The position numbers were made by a program, and so were the translations under genes. DNA of 56,321 bases, filler included, from Sluysia triapertura (Eukaryota): the NCBI GenBank assembly GCA_046118255.1. It is 4 parts of 4 records of this genome, joined end to end, with 100 filler letters (N's around TTAATTAATTAA, not from the genome) between each part and the next. Parts side by side here need not be neighbours in the genome. Positions count along the whole stretch, not along the records: positions 14,808 to 26,390 come from JBJNIA010183146.1; positions 26,491 to 39,598 come from JBJNIA010059208.1; 2 more parts are not named here. One strand, 5' to 3'. The notes under the pieces are model-generated. The model searched no databases. It was given only the letters and a program-made list of their open reading frames with translations, and was not told the DNA's origin. This document shows positions 25,450 through 38,655 of this stretch, in pieces. Numbering within the stretch: the first letter of the stretch is position 1; each line of letters begins with the position of its first letter.

Positions 25450-26000
25450 TATATATTCATTATCATGCTTAAAGATATGGTATTAATACAGCAAGAATCA
25501 CGATCGTCTCAATTTTTATTTTGACAATGTCTAATTTTTGGTTTTATGCACGAGACGAGAATTCAGTGCCATGCACTTCCCTTCACTACATCGGTCAATG
25601 GAAATATACGATTGAATAGTATATAAAGCACCGTTTTGTAGAAAGATATAACTGTTATCCTTACCTTTATGAAACACTACTACTACTTTCCCAAACAGGG
25701 ATTATAGTCGTTATGCTTTTAGCTGCAAATTCAGTTGATTTCCTAACTACATGTTTTCTATCAAAAAAGCAGCTGTTTCATCCAGCAGTAAAGTTTTTGT
25801 ATAATCAAAAACTTTACCATACCATACCATACGAGATTTTAAATATATTACATTATTTGCATTACGTTTAAACAATTCTTCAGACAAAATAGTTAAGCTT
25901 GTAGCGCGAAGAGTAAATCCATTTTTTCATAAATCTTCTAATCTAATTTCCTATCGCTTTTTATTCAATTCCACATTTATTTGCTAAAGAGATCTCCTTA
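25450..26000 (-). mobile_element. pogo/Tigger-like DDE transposase relic
   Basis: Frameshifted fragments RRFMKK/NGFTLRAT, LLLDETAAF, KSTEFAAKSITT, FHKG and IETIVILAVLIPYL follow the order of pogo motifs (RFMKRHGFSLR, MDET, IIFKG, VIPGG.T..LQP). Confidence 0.5.
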
Positions 26001-26317
26001 ACACAAACCTTCATACAGTCTACTTCATCGTGTAATATATGCTCAATACTTCCCAAACTAAATTTTTCTACCACCAGGTCCTCATTGCATAGAAGTAGAT
26101 TGTACTTTTTCTTTTCTTTTATTTTTTAGTATTATTAATTCAATATTAACTTGGTTAGCTTAAAGGAACCTCAATAATTTAAATAATCAGTATATAAAGT
26201 ATAATTTTGCAGTAATATTCTTTTATAATATTAGTAACTATTACCCTAAATTTAAGTTCTTGAAAATTAAATCAAAACTAAGACAGTAATGTACTATTAA
26301 ATTAAGATCAAACTAGA

Positions 26318-26390
<73 letters not shown>

Positions 26391-26490
26391 NNNNNNNNNN
26401 NNNNNNNNNNNNNNNNNNNNNNNNNNNNNNNNNNTTAATTAATTAANNNNNNNNNNNNNNNNNNNNNNNNNNNNNNNNNNNNNNNNNNNN
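26391..26490. other. Artificial contig linker N44-TTAATTAATTAA-N44
   Basis: Identical to the other two linkers; the preceding contig ends in (ATT)n. Confidence 0.97.
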
Positions 26491-27184
26491 CTTTTTAATA
26501 AAATAAAGGTAGAACCAGATGTATATATTATACTATTAATGTATATTATATAGTATATAATGAAACACCTACGGACAACTATTATTCCAAAATGTATTAT
26601 ATTATAAAACATTGATTAGAGATTTATTTTAAATATTCTAGAATTTCATTTCAAAAGACATTCAAGAAGGATAATGAAAATTCATGATTTTTAAGACCAT
26701 TATACTGTCACATATATATCGATCGTATGTGCTATTCGTAATCTGTAAAGTTACACAGTTCAAGATTTAAATTAAATCTCACATCATTTTTTCCATTTAA
26801 GTCATTTCAAAATTGTGCTTTATCAATTTAAATTGATTTTAATTTATTTGACCCAAATAATTTTTTGTTAATAACTGTTGGGTTACCACATGCATTCAAT
26901 AATAAATGTGTTCCTTTAGTGCTATTTTGCTTTACTTTGATTTCGTTCGAGCCAAATTCGAATAAGGTAGATGATTGGTTCTGTACCGTTTGGGTTTTAA
27001 AAATATACAACCTATTAGAGAATGTTAAATTACCTGAAGAGTATGAAATATATAAGAAAAATTCAATATTTCTTTATATTTCAGAAATACCTTAAAGAAT
27101 GATTTATTTTAAGTGCTTTTCAGTAGATATTTTATAGTAGATATTTATTCAATTTAAGTTATTACATTACCTAATCTAATTTAG

Positions 27185-28068
27185 GGCTTGATTGATCTGC
27201 AAGGGCCAGTACAAGGTGGCTCAAATGGATTTCTTGATTCAGAAACCAGCGGTGCTGCACTCACGACTTCATCTTCGGTACCTGTAGTAGAATCTAGTGA
27301 TTCCTGCAGTGGGTTCTTTGTGTGGAAAGATTGGTCGATTTTGGCACCTCCTATTTCCAGTAATTCTCGATCAAAGGACATGTCTATCTATATGTATAAT
27401 CAAAATGTGATAATCGTTTATCGCATAACTAATGATCCTAGCAAGCCTGATCAAGTGGAGGTGATTCATTCGGATAATTTATTGCAACACATTCACGTTC
27501 TCAAAGAAATCAAAGAGATTCAAGATAAATCATTAATGGATATTCGGAGGCGTTCTCGAATAAACGAATTGTTTGCGCAATCTAAAGTTATCAGGTATGT
27601 AAAAAATGGTGTCATGGCATTCAAGTTTGTGGAAGTATCTGACGAATCAGATCATTGCCCTTATGTTCGTCTTGGTCGTCACGGAAACACAGAAACTGGT
27701 ACATCGAATGATATTCATGTGCGGCTTTTTGAAGATCGAAGTTGTGGCGTCAAACGAGCTACTGATTCAAATTTAGTTTTAATTAAACGTATAAGTTCGG
27801 AATTTCGGTTCGAATTTAACAACTCGTTAAAAAATTACAAATTGACACATTGGAGTCATTTTGCCGGAATTAACCCGTCGAGCTCAGGAATCGGTGGATA
27901 TTTGCCATTGTTACGACGATCGGGATTAGGTGCAGATTCAGTGATTCATCAGACAGGTCACCAAGACTTCATCCGCAGTAAAATATATCAAATTGCAGTT
28001 ATAGTTAATGATAAAGTAATAAATTATACAAACAGCCACGGTGATATGGTCAGGGAATCCTCTAATCG
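27185..28068 (+). CDS. HECTD1: HECTD1-like E3 ubiquitin ligase, first exon present (gene 5' end is outside the contig)
   Basis: ttag|...FVWKDWSIL (HECTD1 YHWRDWSII)...FRFEFN (FVFESN)|gtacta; phase 2 end fits the next exon. Confidence 0.75.
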
Positions 28069-28797
28069 GTACTATTTAATATGTTTTATTTAAATATTGA
28101 GCTTATTAATATATAATAGTGATTGTGGAAGTTTTTATTCGAGCAAAAATTGCAGTGTTATTTCAGGCTATTTTGTTTGTTTGCTTCACTTACTGGCAGT
28201 ATGATGAACCCATCTCCAAAGATATATTGTTCCTTGTTAAAACGTATGCATTTTTATTAATTAAGACACTTACATAAGTTACAGCACAATGCATTTCACA
28301 ATTCGTTTAATCTTTTTTTACGTAGTCATTGTCACCCTCATCATTTTAATCTTAATCTTCATCAACATTAAACTAGAAATACTACATAATGATTATAAGT
28401 TATATTCTTGAACTCTTCGGGATTTGGAAGGGTTTAAACATCTGAAATTAAATTATAAATTTTAATTAAACGAAAACTCGCGCTAAAGCAGAATGGCAAA
28501 AGTATATTTCTTCTGACTATCAAAACTTTTTTGGAAAAATCACTATTCATAAATATGAAAATTAAAATCGATTGTGAACATTCAAAATATTCCGATTATC
28601 AGCAAACTAACTTCATCGAAAGAGAACCAAAAAAATCGACACCAAACTATTTTGAGACAACATAAGCTCTTGGCTTGACTATGCAATATGTTTCTCTAGG
28701 AAATATATTTCATTTTCAAGCATAATACAAAAAAATGATATTAAAAAATATTTTAATTTATCCACTTTTCAAATCCCGATATCGTAAATGTTTTTAG

Positions 28798-29293
28798 AGT
28801 TGTATTTTCTGCCACTGGTGACGAAGACCGAGACGAAACTGGAGATTCTTATCAAGAAATGTCGGCCTCCGCAGTTATAAAGCGATTAGGTTTACTATCT
28901 GAGCAGATTTCGAGTGAAGAAGAGGGAGAAGATGCGTTAAACATTTGGCAGGTGGCCGTACAAGAACTTGATGATTTGTTAAATGATGAAATGTCAATGA
29001 CAGTGCACGAACTTATTGTTAGCGGCCTTCTGGGAAGTTTATTGGGTGTGCTGTGCAGTGACAAGCACAATTACAAGAAGCAAAAAATACTGCGCGAGAA
29101 ACTAGTTGCAAAATCGATTTCCGGAAGTAACATTAACGTCCCAGGCTTAGTTTTAAAGTGTATACAAGCATTCGAGCAACTAGAAAAACTACCAGTATAT
29201 CAGAACAGTGTTTCTCAATCTAATCAAGGTCACTGGGTAGGAGGTCCAGCAAATTCATCAGCTCATCCGATTACTAGATCCATAAAAATGCAA
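28798..29293 (+). CDS. HECTD1: HECTD1 exon
   Basis: LLNDEMSMTVHELIVSGLLGSLL ([23 protein letters not shown]), LEKLPVY (IERLPLH); ttag| ... |gtaagc. Confidence 0.88.
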
Positions 29294-29439
29294 GTAAGCG
29301 ATTAACAATTTTCTCAAAACTAATTTTGTAATTTAATAAACTAAAATAACGCCAATAAGGTCAAATTTAATAGTAATATTTCTGAAATTAAGTTTAATTA
29401 AATTGATGTGATGAGTCGAAACTCCAAAACTTTCTTAAA

Positions 29440-30250
29440 CTTCAATATGACATTCCAATTTCCACTGGTTAATCGAAATCCGATAGACATTCGAACATAC
29501 TCGAAAAGTCTAATTTCCAATAGTCATCGGAGGTTTCGGAATGTAGGTAGGATGAACACTAATTTGATGATAAGCCTTGGCCAAGTCTATAAATGTAAAT
29601 AGAACCGGCTAAGCGATGTCAAAGATCCCTTGTAAGCGACATTGAATGTGCGTCTGGGTTTGTCCCATTGTTTAGCATTTTGTTGTCACCGCATAACTTG
29701 AGCGGCCCAAGGTGATGATGAGTGACACACAATTCCTTATTTCTCTGCTTATGCGAGAAAGTCGTTTGCAGGATACGTTTTAAATAGTGTTCGGGAGCAG
29801 GTATACAATCTGTTTTGAATTGCTCTTGCAACCGGCTTTTTGTTGAATATTATGGATGATGTTTTGTTTGCAAATACTGTCGCGTAATATTTATATTCAA
29901 TACCTATTCTGCGAAGAGCTTTATTGTCAACTGGGAGTTTGTGATGTAGGAAATCTACTCAAAATATGCCTTAAATTGGAGGAGTTGGAACTTTAAACAA
30001 TGTCTCCTCTGGCTGCTGACAGCAATATGGGTTGAGCGGTGTTTTTAAACAACCTATTGGATATTGCTGAATCAGTGGCGATTAGGAAATCTAATCGTGA
30101 ATAGAGATAATTCTGAAAAGATAGCGGTAGTGTGAATTAGGGAAACCACATCCCTGCCTTGATCTGAAATCCACGATGCAGAGGCAGATAGGGTCGAATG
30201 TCGAGTGAAGAATCATAGTGAGCAAAAAGTGCCCATTATGCATAACAAAA
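29440..30250 (-). mobile_element. Degenerate non-LTR retrotransposon (RTE-like RT region) in a HECTD1 intron
   Basis: GC-richer island; minus-strand fragments LPASWIS/GFR, RQGC and EHYLKRIL resemble RTE LPESQCGFR, KQGCVL and FHQRCLRRIL; heavily frameshifted. Confidence 0.4.
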
Positions 30251-30496
30251 TAGGGTAATTAAAATTAACTATACAGGATGTCCACTCGAATGGTTCGTTT
30301 TTAAAGGAGGTTAACTTTATAAATTGAAAATGATGCCTGATGATCAAGTTAATATTATTGATATTTATAATAAAATGTACATTTAGTGTCTCATCAATTA
30401 ATTTATCAATTAAAAATAATATTCAGAATTATGTGTAGGTATTGCCATCTTTTAATTTCAAATTAATGCAAATTCGTATTCATTTCAAATATTCAG

Positions 30497-30939
30497 ATGG
30501 TGCATCTTAATCAGTACGAATCAGAACAAAATCTGTACTCCGTAACGGGTCGCACTTTGCGAGTCAAGCCATTAGTAACACTAGAGCAACTTTCACAATT
30601 TTTGTTATTAAGTTTGAATCGAAAATGGAACGATTTCCCTCGTCATTCATTGGAATATGCACGCCAAGTTGAAAGACATAGTCGAGTGCATTTGTGTTGT
30701 GGCAACTTGAATGAGGAGAAAAATAAGGAATCATCAAATTGTTACTCTGTCAATCAAGGTTTGTTTCAGTGGATTGGAACTAATGGCGGCAAGTTACCTC
30801 TTTCTGAATGGTCGAATCCAATTTCGCGTCAATTGATTCGAGTTGTAACCAGTGGTAAAAAACACCATTTCAGTAGTGAAATTAATTCAGATATTTTAGA
30901 GAAGATTATAGCAAATTATAGTACAAACGGAGATATAAG
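30497..30939 (+). CDS. HECTD1: HECTD1 exon
   Basis: TGRTLRVKPLVTLEQLSQFLL ([21 protein letters not shown]), GLFQWIGTNG..EWSNP (GIIYWIGTNA..EWVNP); a 76-nt intron 30940-31015 removes the apparent stop. Confidence 0.92.
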
Positions 30940-31015
30940 GTTAGATGAGAAATTAACATTTTTCAACATTTGAAAGGTGAACTTGTGATTTTACTGAGTC
31001 ATAACTTTTATTCAG

Positions 31016-31968
31016 TAATCGAATAAACAAGAATCGAATCGCGAATGGAGTGTCCAGTTGGATTGCTATAGACTTCGGAGTGTGGATCCACATAGATAAA
31101 TACAGAATGCGGGTTGCTAATCGAGATGTACACAAGTGCCCTGTAAATTGGACATTGCTGGGAAATTGCGATACGAATTGCTCTGATTCAGGTTGGCGAA
31201 TTCTGAAGAATCACATAAACGATGTGAATCTGAACAGCAACAACGGTTTTATGAATACTTGGACTGTGCATTCGGATACATCCAAGGATGAACCAGTACG
31301 TTTTATTAAACTTGTTCAAGCTGAATCTGGAAACAAGACAGGTGGGCATGATTTTTGTTTTTGCGGTTTGGAATTTTGGGGCACTGTAGTGAAGGTAGTA
31401 ACTCAAGACGAGGAGATATGGAAACAAGAAGGAGTTGAATGGCAGAAGCGGATGAAAGAAGCGGATAATTACAAAACTGTAAAGCACAATTCTCGTATTC
31501 AAATTGGCAGTAGAGTTTCAAGAGGTCAAAATTGGAATTGGGATGATCAAGATGGTGGTCCAAATTCGAAAGGAGTTGTGGTGTCCGAAGAACAAGGTGG
31601 GTGGGTTGATGTGCAGTGGGATAACGGCAAGCGCAACTCATACAGGATGGGTTACAAACGAAAGTTTGATTTGAAAATTGAAAGTTCACCATCATTAACT
31701 CCAACTGCAGCATCACAATGTACACCGTTTGATTCAGTAGAAGATACTGTCCACGAGTCTAGTAGCGAAGAAAAAACGCTTAAATACAAACAACAAAACC
31801 TTAGAGAAGAGTCTAATGTTCTTGGGTGTGTACATAACGATAATGAGGCTGCTGAATCTGCAGAAAACAGTGATAAGCACCTAATCAATGTCGTACAAGA
31901 CTTGAAGGACGATACTACTAGCTTAGAACCTGATTTCATTCAGATGATTGAAGAAAGTGCCAATCAAG
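31016..31968 (+). CDS. HECTD1: HECTD1 exon: SUN-like and MIB/HERC2 domains
   Basis: WIAIDFGVW...GLEFWGTV and GSRVSRGQNWNWDDQDGG...WVDVQWDNGKRNSYRMGYKRKFDLK. Confidence 0.93.
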
Positions 31969-32049
31969 GTTAGTAGAGATAATATAATTTACAAATAAAT
32001 CAATTCAATTACATAGCTTTGATTGAATAATTTATGTTAGTATTTTCAG

Positions 32050-32732
32050 AAGGTGTCGATGAATATTTGCACGCTGCTGTTGTCGGTGGAATGACTTCAT
32101 CAGAAGATGAGGAAGAAGATGATGACGATGAAGAAGATGATGGTGGTGGTGGCGGAGACGACGATGATGACGATGATGATAATGATGATGATGATGATGA
32201 TGGTAGAGAAACAATAAGAGGTGATCAATCAAGATCTGTAACTGGAGTAGCGACTGATTCGAAACAGTTGGAAGAGAAGAATGTTGCAGATGATGATGAT
32301 GAAGATGAAGATGAAGAAGAAGATGATGACGAAGAAATTGCGGTTGACGAAGTTGATCTATCCAATTTAATGCAACAAGAACAAGTGTTGTGTGAGTCTA
32401 ACGACAGAAGATCTTGCGATGATGAAGTGTTGGAGCACCTGTACCAGTTCAGCAGCCAACCCAGCGAGGAAGATAAAAACATTTTCAATCACTCATCAAC
32501 AATTACAACATCAGAAGTTACCAACAAATCTAGGTCGGAGTCAGAAAACGCAGAAGCCAATCCAGATTCTACACCAGAAGCAATAGTATCATCGACAATT
32601 GTGCCGACAACGATAAACACTTCATCCACAACTAGTGTATCATCGAATAATAAATCAAAATTCGAAAATGAAAATGTTCAATTCTTCTATCGACAAATAG
32701 CACCAACGTTATTCCATGATGACCTTGCTAGA
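32050..32732 (+). CDS. HECTD1: HECTD1 exon, acidic low-complexity region
   Basis: Open frame between cag| and |gtaagt, phase-compatible with neighbours (1 in, 0 out). Confidence 0.8.
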
Positions 32733-33138
32733 GTAAGTTTTGTTTAGTGAGTAAATAATGACTCCAATTTAATCCACACGACATGTTTAATTTTTAACTA
32801 ACACTTAAAACGCCAGCCCCATATTAACAAGGGCTTTGAGGAAAAATTTAAGGAGCAAAAAAGTCAAAGTTTATTTATTAAAATTGTGAAAATTTGTTTG
32901 AAAAATGATGTGTTGTTTAGGAGTTACTTTATGAATAAAAATATCTGGTCTCCAAATTCCCTAAGTGTTAAATCACAATCAAATTAAAAAAAGAACGTAG
33001 CAAGAAATTAGCTGATGTGAGTCAGCGTTAAACTATTAGAACTACTTACTTGTTCTGGCAGCTTTTAAACAACTTCAATTGCTTCTACTATACTCTTCTC
33101 AAATTAATTGTAAATTTAATGCTTTATTATAATTTCAG

Positions 33139-33172
33139 ATATTTCCATCGTTTCAAGCTAATCTTGGCAACA
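33139..33172 (+). CDS. HECTD1: HECTD1 short exon (alternative end at 33217)
   Basis: tttcag|IFPSFQANLGN..|gtaagt; supplies the phase 0 to 1 bridge needed between 32732 and 33455. Confidence 0.6.
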
Positions 33173-33454
33173 GTAAGTCATCAGAGCTGAGATTCTTCAA
33201 CATATCAGATTCTTCGAGTTAGTTTTGTTTATGAAATGGTATATCCGAGACAAACTTGCTAAGTCTCGATTAATTCGAAATAATGAAATGTTGATCAACA
33301 TCGATCAAGTTAATACAGATAATGATGCGCATGTTAATATTGTGATTAATTAAAATATTATAATTAAAATATTTCAAAATTTAAATATTCCAGTTTTACA
33401 TTTCTTGCAATTTAATATTTTCTGGTCGTAAAATCTAAATATGAACTAATTTAG

Positions 33455-34317
33455 GTAAGAAGAAGACTAGTTCGACAAACTTATCGTCAAACTCATCCAT
33501 TTCTTGTTTTCGGAAAAAACAAAGGCGCTTAAATAACATGGATATATCGCCATTGATAATTCGGTATCCCAACAATCGAAAACGAGAGGAAGTGAAAGAG
33601 CGCATTCTTATGCAGACAAGTAGTGGAGGCGGGGGCAGTCTACGAGACCTTGAAGTGGCAGATTGGGACGACGACGACGATGATGATGAAGACGGAGATG
33701 AAGACGTAGATAATGTAGCGGACGACGACGAAGATGACGATGTTGATGAACATTATGTTGACGAGAATCAGGCATACTTCCCAGATCGTGATTTTCAAAG
33801 TCATCCCAATAGTTTGGATAGTACTGACTTCGTTACCATGCTTTTAAATGACCGCAATTGCCTCACTGATCAGATGGCTGCTATTGCAGCTCTTGCAGAT
33901 AATCGATCAAGTTTAAGTAGAGTTATTCGTCAGACTATGGCCGCGAAATCAGCGCATGATCAAGAAATATCTTCTTACAATTCAGGTTCTAATATCTGGA
34001 AAGATGGGTTCACATTAGACCGCGCCCCTGCAGGTATGATAGAGCCCTTCGATCCTCGACCTGGAAGAACCAACAAGCCATTATCGAAAGAGTTTTCTCT
34101 GAACAAATCCACAATCTCTTACAACACTGACATTGATTTTAGAAATTTGAATCTATGTCTCCGACTTAATTTGACACCACCACCAGCACCTTCCAACACG
34201 GACTCACAGAAAAGACAGATGAAACAGTGTTCCATCACTGACGGATCTAAAACTTATACGCATTACTGTGAAATTTGGATGAAGAAATATGACGATTGCA
34301 TCTACAAATACGCTAAG
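33455..34317 (+). CDS. HECTD1: HECTD1 exon
   Basis: [26 protein letters not shown] (HECTD1 [26 protein letters not shown]); CIYKYAK (TIFYYVQ). Confidence 0.88.
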
Positions 34318-34405
34318 GTTCGGTGAAATGTAAATAAAAATCAACATAAATTGATTTGTTTATATATTTTAATGCGATAATACATTATAATACGTTATGA
34401 TTTAG

Positions 34406-34651
34406 AAACTTATGAATTATTATCAGTTAGTACAAGCCAGAACTAAACTGTCCTGCACCAATAGTGCTAATGATACTGATTCGTCAATGAAAACATCGGT
34501 ATGTTCAGATAATAAACGAAACAGTCCAGTTTTGATTTCCGAATTGCGCCATTTCGAAGTGGAGTTCCAATTATGCTATATGATTCAAGCTATTCCTGAA
34601 GATGTTCCTGTTGACACTGTTTTAGAATACCCCGTCCCTTCTGAACATATG
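34406..34651 (+). CDS. HECTD1: HECTD1 exon
   Basis: ttag|KLM...LRHFEVEFQLCY (LRRIWEPTYTIMY-like)...EHM|gttatt; phase 0/0. Confidence 0.7.
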
Positions 34652-34862
34652 GTTATTGATTTGATTATATTGATGATTAAATTAATTCTGATTACATGGT
34701 TTTCAGTACTGATTTTACATTGAGAAAAACTTTTAATTTGTCTTATTTGTACTGATTTTTGATTTCCTTAGTTTCAAATATTTCTACATTGGTTATTTCA
34801 TTTTTATTTTTAATAAATTTGAAAATAATAAATATTAAAGCAATCCCCATTACTTAAAATTA

Positions 34863-35825
34863 TTGGGTTCTTCGGAAAGTTATTTCGTTTTTTGGTGAAA
34901 AAACATTCAAATACTTTTTGCTGGCAAAAAACTGGTCCAAGTGGAGACCTGATTTGAAGTGAAGGTGTTCCCGTCCAAAATTTTGCAGAGACCGGAACAA
35001 ATAATGAGTATACCGAAGGTGCCAATCTGGAGAGTATAGTGGTTGTAAAAACTTTTTTAGTTACCAAACTTGTATGAGGCGAACACTAGACATTTTCTAT
35101 AGATCAATTCTGGCCTTTTCTGATTCAGTGAATCATTCAATATGTACAGTTGATCACAGTTCACTTCAAAATTAATCGTGGCATTATCCCACTAAACAGA
35201 TAGCATATCCCTTTTTTTGGTGAATATGGTCCTTCGACATGGTTTGAACTGGTTCATCTTTTTTGCTCTAGGATCTCTTGTGCTTAATATTTTTGAAAAC
35301 TACACTTGTCGTTTCAAAAATGGATCTTTTTCTTGACGTTTGAGAAGCAAATTACAGTCATTAATGCGACGAATCAAATTTCGTTCTCTAAGAATACACG
35401 GAAATTTCAGCAAGTTGTTTAACCTTTCAAGAGTTGCTATTCGGCGGTTAGCATATATCAGTGCTTTTATTTTGTCTTCATCGGCTTCAACGGGCATTCC
35501 AGAAGCTTCTCCAATATCGAAATTGCCGGAACGAAAATTTGGCATTGTTGTTCGTCAATAATTTACGCTTTACTTGACTGCATTTTTACATTTTCGATAG
35601 CAAAAGAGTAAAATATGCCGAAAATGCTCCTTTCGGTTTTCCACCTTTGATATGGCACGAATCAAAAACTTGCAAAAAATCAAACAAAATATTTAACAAA
35701 CAAGTCTTACTATATCAGCTGTCAAAATATATAGTGATTATACGGCTTGAATATGAAGGTAGCTGTGAAAAAATACAATTAGTTACTCTTTTTGGAAAAA
35801 CGAATTAACTTTCCGAGTAACCCAA
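34863..35825 (-). mobile_element. Internally deleted mariner transposon (mellifera-like subfamily) in a HECTD1 intron
   Basis: TIRs TTGGGTTCTTCGGAAAGTTATTTCGTTTTT and TTGGGTTACTCGGAAAGTTAATTCGTTTTT (reverse complement), TA duplications at 34861-62 and 35826-27. Peptides ENRKEHFRHILL, FRSGNFD..EA.G.PVEADEDKIKALI, KRQEKDPFLKR, KRPELI, YSPD.APS. Confidence 0.93.
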
Positions 35826-35979
35826 TAAATTATGAATAATCAAATGTAATAATAATAATAATAATTATAATTATAATTATAATAATTATAATTATAAAGA
35901 ACAATCTTATTGTTTCTTACAGTAACTCTTTTTTTACATCTATTTAAAATAACTGTTTATTTAACTTGATTTTATTTAG

Positions 35980-36499
35980 TTGCATGAAAAAATGTCCGAA
36001 TCAATTTTGAGTGAGTATGACTTATTACGTCACCAGGAAGTCGCCGAACGTAGAGCCATTCAGCAGTTAATTCGGATGCTGAGTTTATTGCATGTTCAGA
36101 ATAAAGCATCGTCCAAACAAGAAGAATATCAAGAAGAAAATGAAGAAGATAGGAATCAAGTTTTGATGCGCTCTGTCAATTCAGTGTCTGCTTTTGACTC
36201 AGTTCGAACACAACATCAAACTGAAGTAGAGCGAGAATTCGATCAAGAACAATGCTATTTGAGTGGGAAGTTGACGAAGAAGATTCACAAACAGCTTCAA
36301 GATTGTCTGTCGGTAGCAAGTGCTACATTGCCAGATTGGTGCAACTCGATTTCTCGACACTGTCGGGCTTTGCTGCCCATGGAAAACTGTATTTTACCAT
36401 TGTTCCGTGCCACCGCATTCGGACCGGCTCGGAGTATTACTTGGTTGCAAGCATATCGGTTTAGACGAGAAGATTCTTCAATCGGAAGCCGACGAATCG
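35980..36499 (+). CDS. HECTD1: HECTD1 exon
   Basis: SGKLTKKIHKQLQDCLSVASATLPDWC...FRATAFGPARSITWLQ ([27 protein letters not shown]...FTCTAFGASRAIVWLQ). Confidence 0.93.
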
Positions 36500-36636
36500 G
36501 TTAGAAGTTTTTTTGATACTATTTTTTGTGTGATCTGTATTGTGATATTTTATAGCAACGACTAGTTCTGTTGTGCATCAAAAACAAAAGAATATATTAA
36601 ATGGGTGACTATATTAATTAAATTTCGAATTTTCAG

Positions 36637-37469
36637 GTGGTAGCTCTTCAGGTGGTCGTGGTGGAATCAATTCTGGAATCACTACAACGGGATCTATATC
36701 GGTATCTGTGATGGGTAGTTTATCGAGCAATTATGGGAACACTACATCCAGTAATACTTTATTTCAACAAGATTATTTGGGATGGCGACTGCAAAAAGAA
36801 GTCGCAAAAGTGCATCGAAAACCTGCCACAGCTTTCTGGGAAGACGCCACTAGTCTTTTGAAGTTACATGCTTCTCGAAAGACAGAATTAGAGGTTATTT
36901 TTGTAGATGAAGAGGGTACGGGTTTGGGACCAACTCTTGATTTCTTCGAACAGTTGGCTGTCGAATTCAGCAGACGAGACAAATGTATGTGGATAGAAAG
37001 TGGCGAACAACACTTGCTATCTGATTCTGGTTCTGGAATGGAATCAACGCCTCTACACCCACCTGGTGGCTTGTTTCCTTGCCCTATGGTTCCTCAACAA
37101 GCTAAAAAACTGGGTGTCCTTGGCAATTTCCGATTGTTCGGAATCGCTGTTGCTAAGTGTCTTCAGGATAGCCGACGAATTGATATTCGGATTTCTGATC
37201 CCATGTTGCGACTAATCACTGAGTGGAGTGACAAGAATACTCGCAATACTCGAGTACTAGAATTAGACGATTTATGTCTTGTATATCCAGAAATGGGCAG
37301 TTATTTGCTGAAGATGGATCGATTCTGTCGTTGCAGATGTCAGATCATGCAGAAAGATATTTCAGAGGAACAAAAACAAGAATGGATTCGCCGCGAGACT
37401 CAGAAAATACTAGATGTCGAAAATATTTCAGAATTGCATATCGGCATGGACTTCACTGTGGCTAATTCA
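36637..37469 (+). CDS. HECTD1: HECTD1 exon, HECT domain N-lobe (3' boundary uncertain, ~37469-37490)
   Basis: HASRKTELEVIFVDEEGTGLGPTLDFF...GLFPCP...FGIAVAKCLQDSRRIDI; catalytic C-lobe not found in the window. Confidence 0.9.
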
Positions 37470-38655
37470 GTTGGTGTTTCTATAGTTTTATATTTCCGTT
37501 GTAGGGAATCCATCGCACTTCATCACATAAAAACACTTCACAGGTACACAGACTATTAAACAAACTACTAAACTCATTCGAAAAGCAAACATGATCATCG
37601 CACTTAATTATCACGAACTACCGTTATTATTACAATTCATCGTATTAAAATATATAATAATTATAGTCATTATTGTTATATAATATGATTATCAAGTAAT
37701 AACTTTTATAATAATTTTCATAATAAACTTCAACATCAACACTTCAGTATTAATAAATATAATAACCACATAATTGTTATCATCATTATTTCATTTATCC
37801 TTATTATCAAATTTTTTTAAATTCTTTTGTTTCTCCCCAACATTTTTTCTCCAATACATTATAAAGTAATCATCTGTGTTTCTACTTTACCGTTTATTTT
37901 ACCAATTATTTTTTCGTTCGCACCAGTTATAATTTTGCCATTGACATATTTATCAACCTATTTTTGTACTGTATTTATTGTTGTTGAATTAATTGATTTC
38001 ATTCATTATATAAATCGATATACTCTATTTTCTTATTATCAGTGTAAAATTTTATTTTCTCTTTGCGGATCACCAGTTTTACCATTAGCTTGGCTAATAA
38101 GATCGATGAAAAGCTTATGTACATTAAATTTCTATTACACAACACTTTAACCCAAGAATTCAAGCATCTTCTGAAGAAAATCATGTCAGATCTTTATCTC
38201 CTGAACAAATATTGGAAGTCATTAGTGCGAATTATGATTCGTTGACGTTGAAACTACACGGAAATCTCGATCACTACAATTTGTACAGTGATAATACAGA
38301 AAAGAACGAGCATTTTTTTATAATCTCATAAAAGCCATTGTACTCGATATTCGAGAATGGAGTCAAGAGAAAATTCGAGAATTACAAAAAAATTTTTTTG
38401 AAAGACATTCTCATATCTCAACAACAGCAAGATGAAGAACCAGATAAAGCACGAGAAATTACATTATTTTCATCGATAACCAAGGAATAATTAATTAATT
38501 TTAATGCAAATCATATCTAATGAATTTTTTCGTGTTAATTTTAATAATTTATGTTCTGTTTACTACTGTAAATAACTAATGTCAAAATAAATTATTAGTC
38601 AATAATAATTCATATCGATTAAAATTTTAAATGTTTGTTTTGGGTAATTTGATAA

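Noticed and set aside
30940-31015. Frameshift or readthrough between ORFs 30497 and 31050
   Set aside because: Explained by a canonical, phase-compatible 76-nt GT-AG intron.
31188-32586. Overlapping and antisense ORFs (poly-His, poly-Ser, etc.)
   Set aside because: Shadows of HECTD1 exons and their GAT/GAA repeats.
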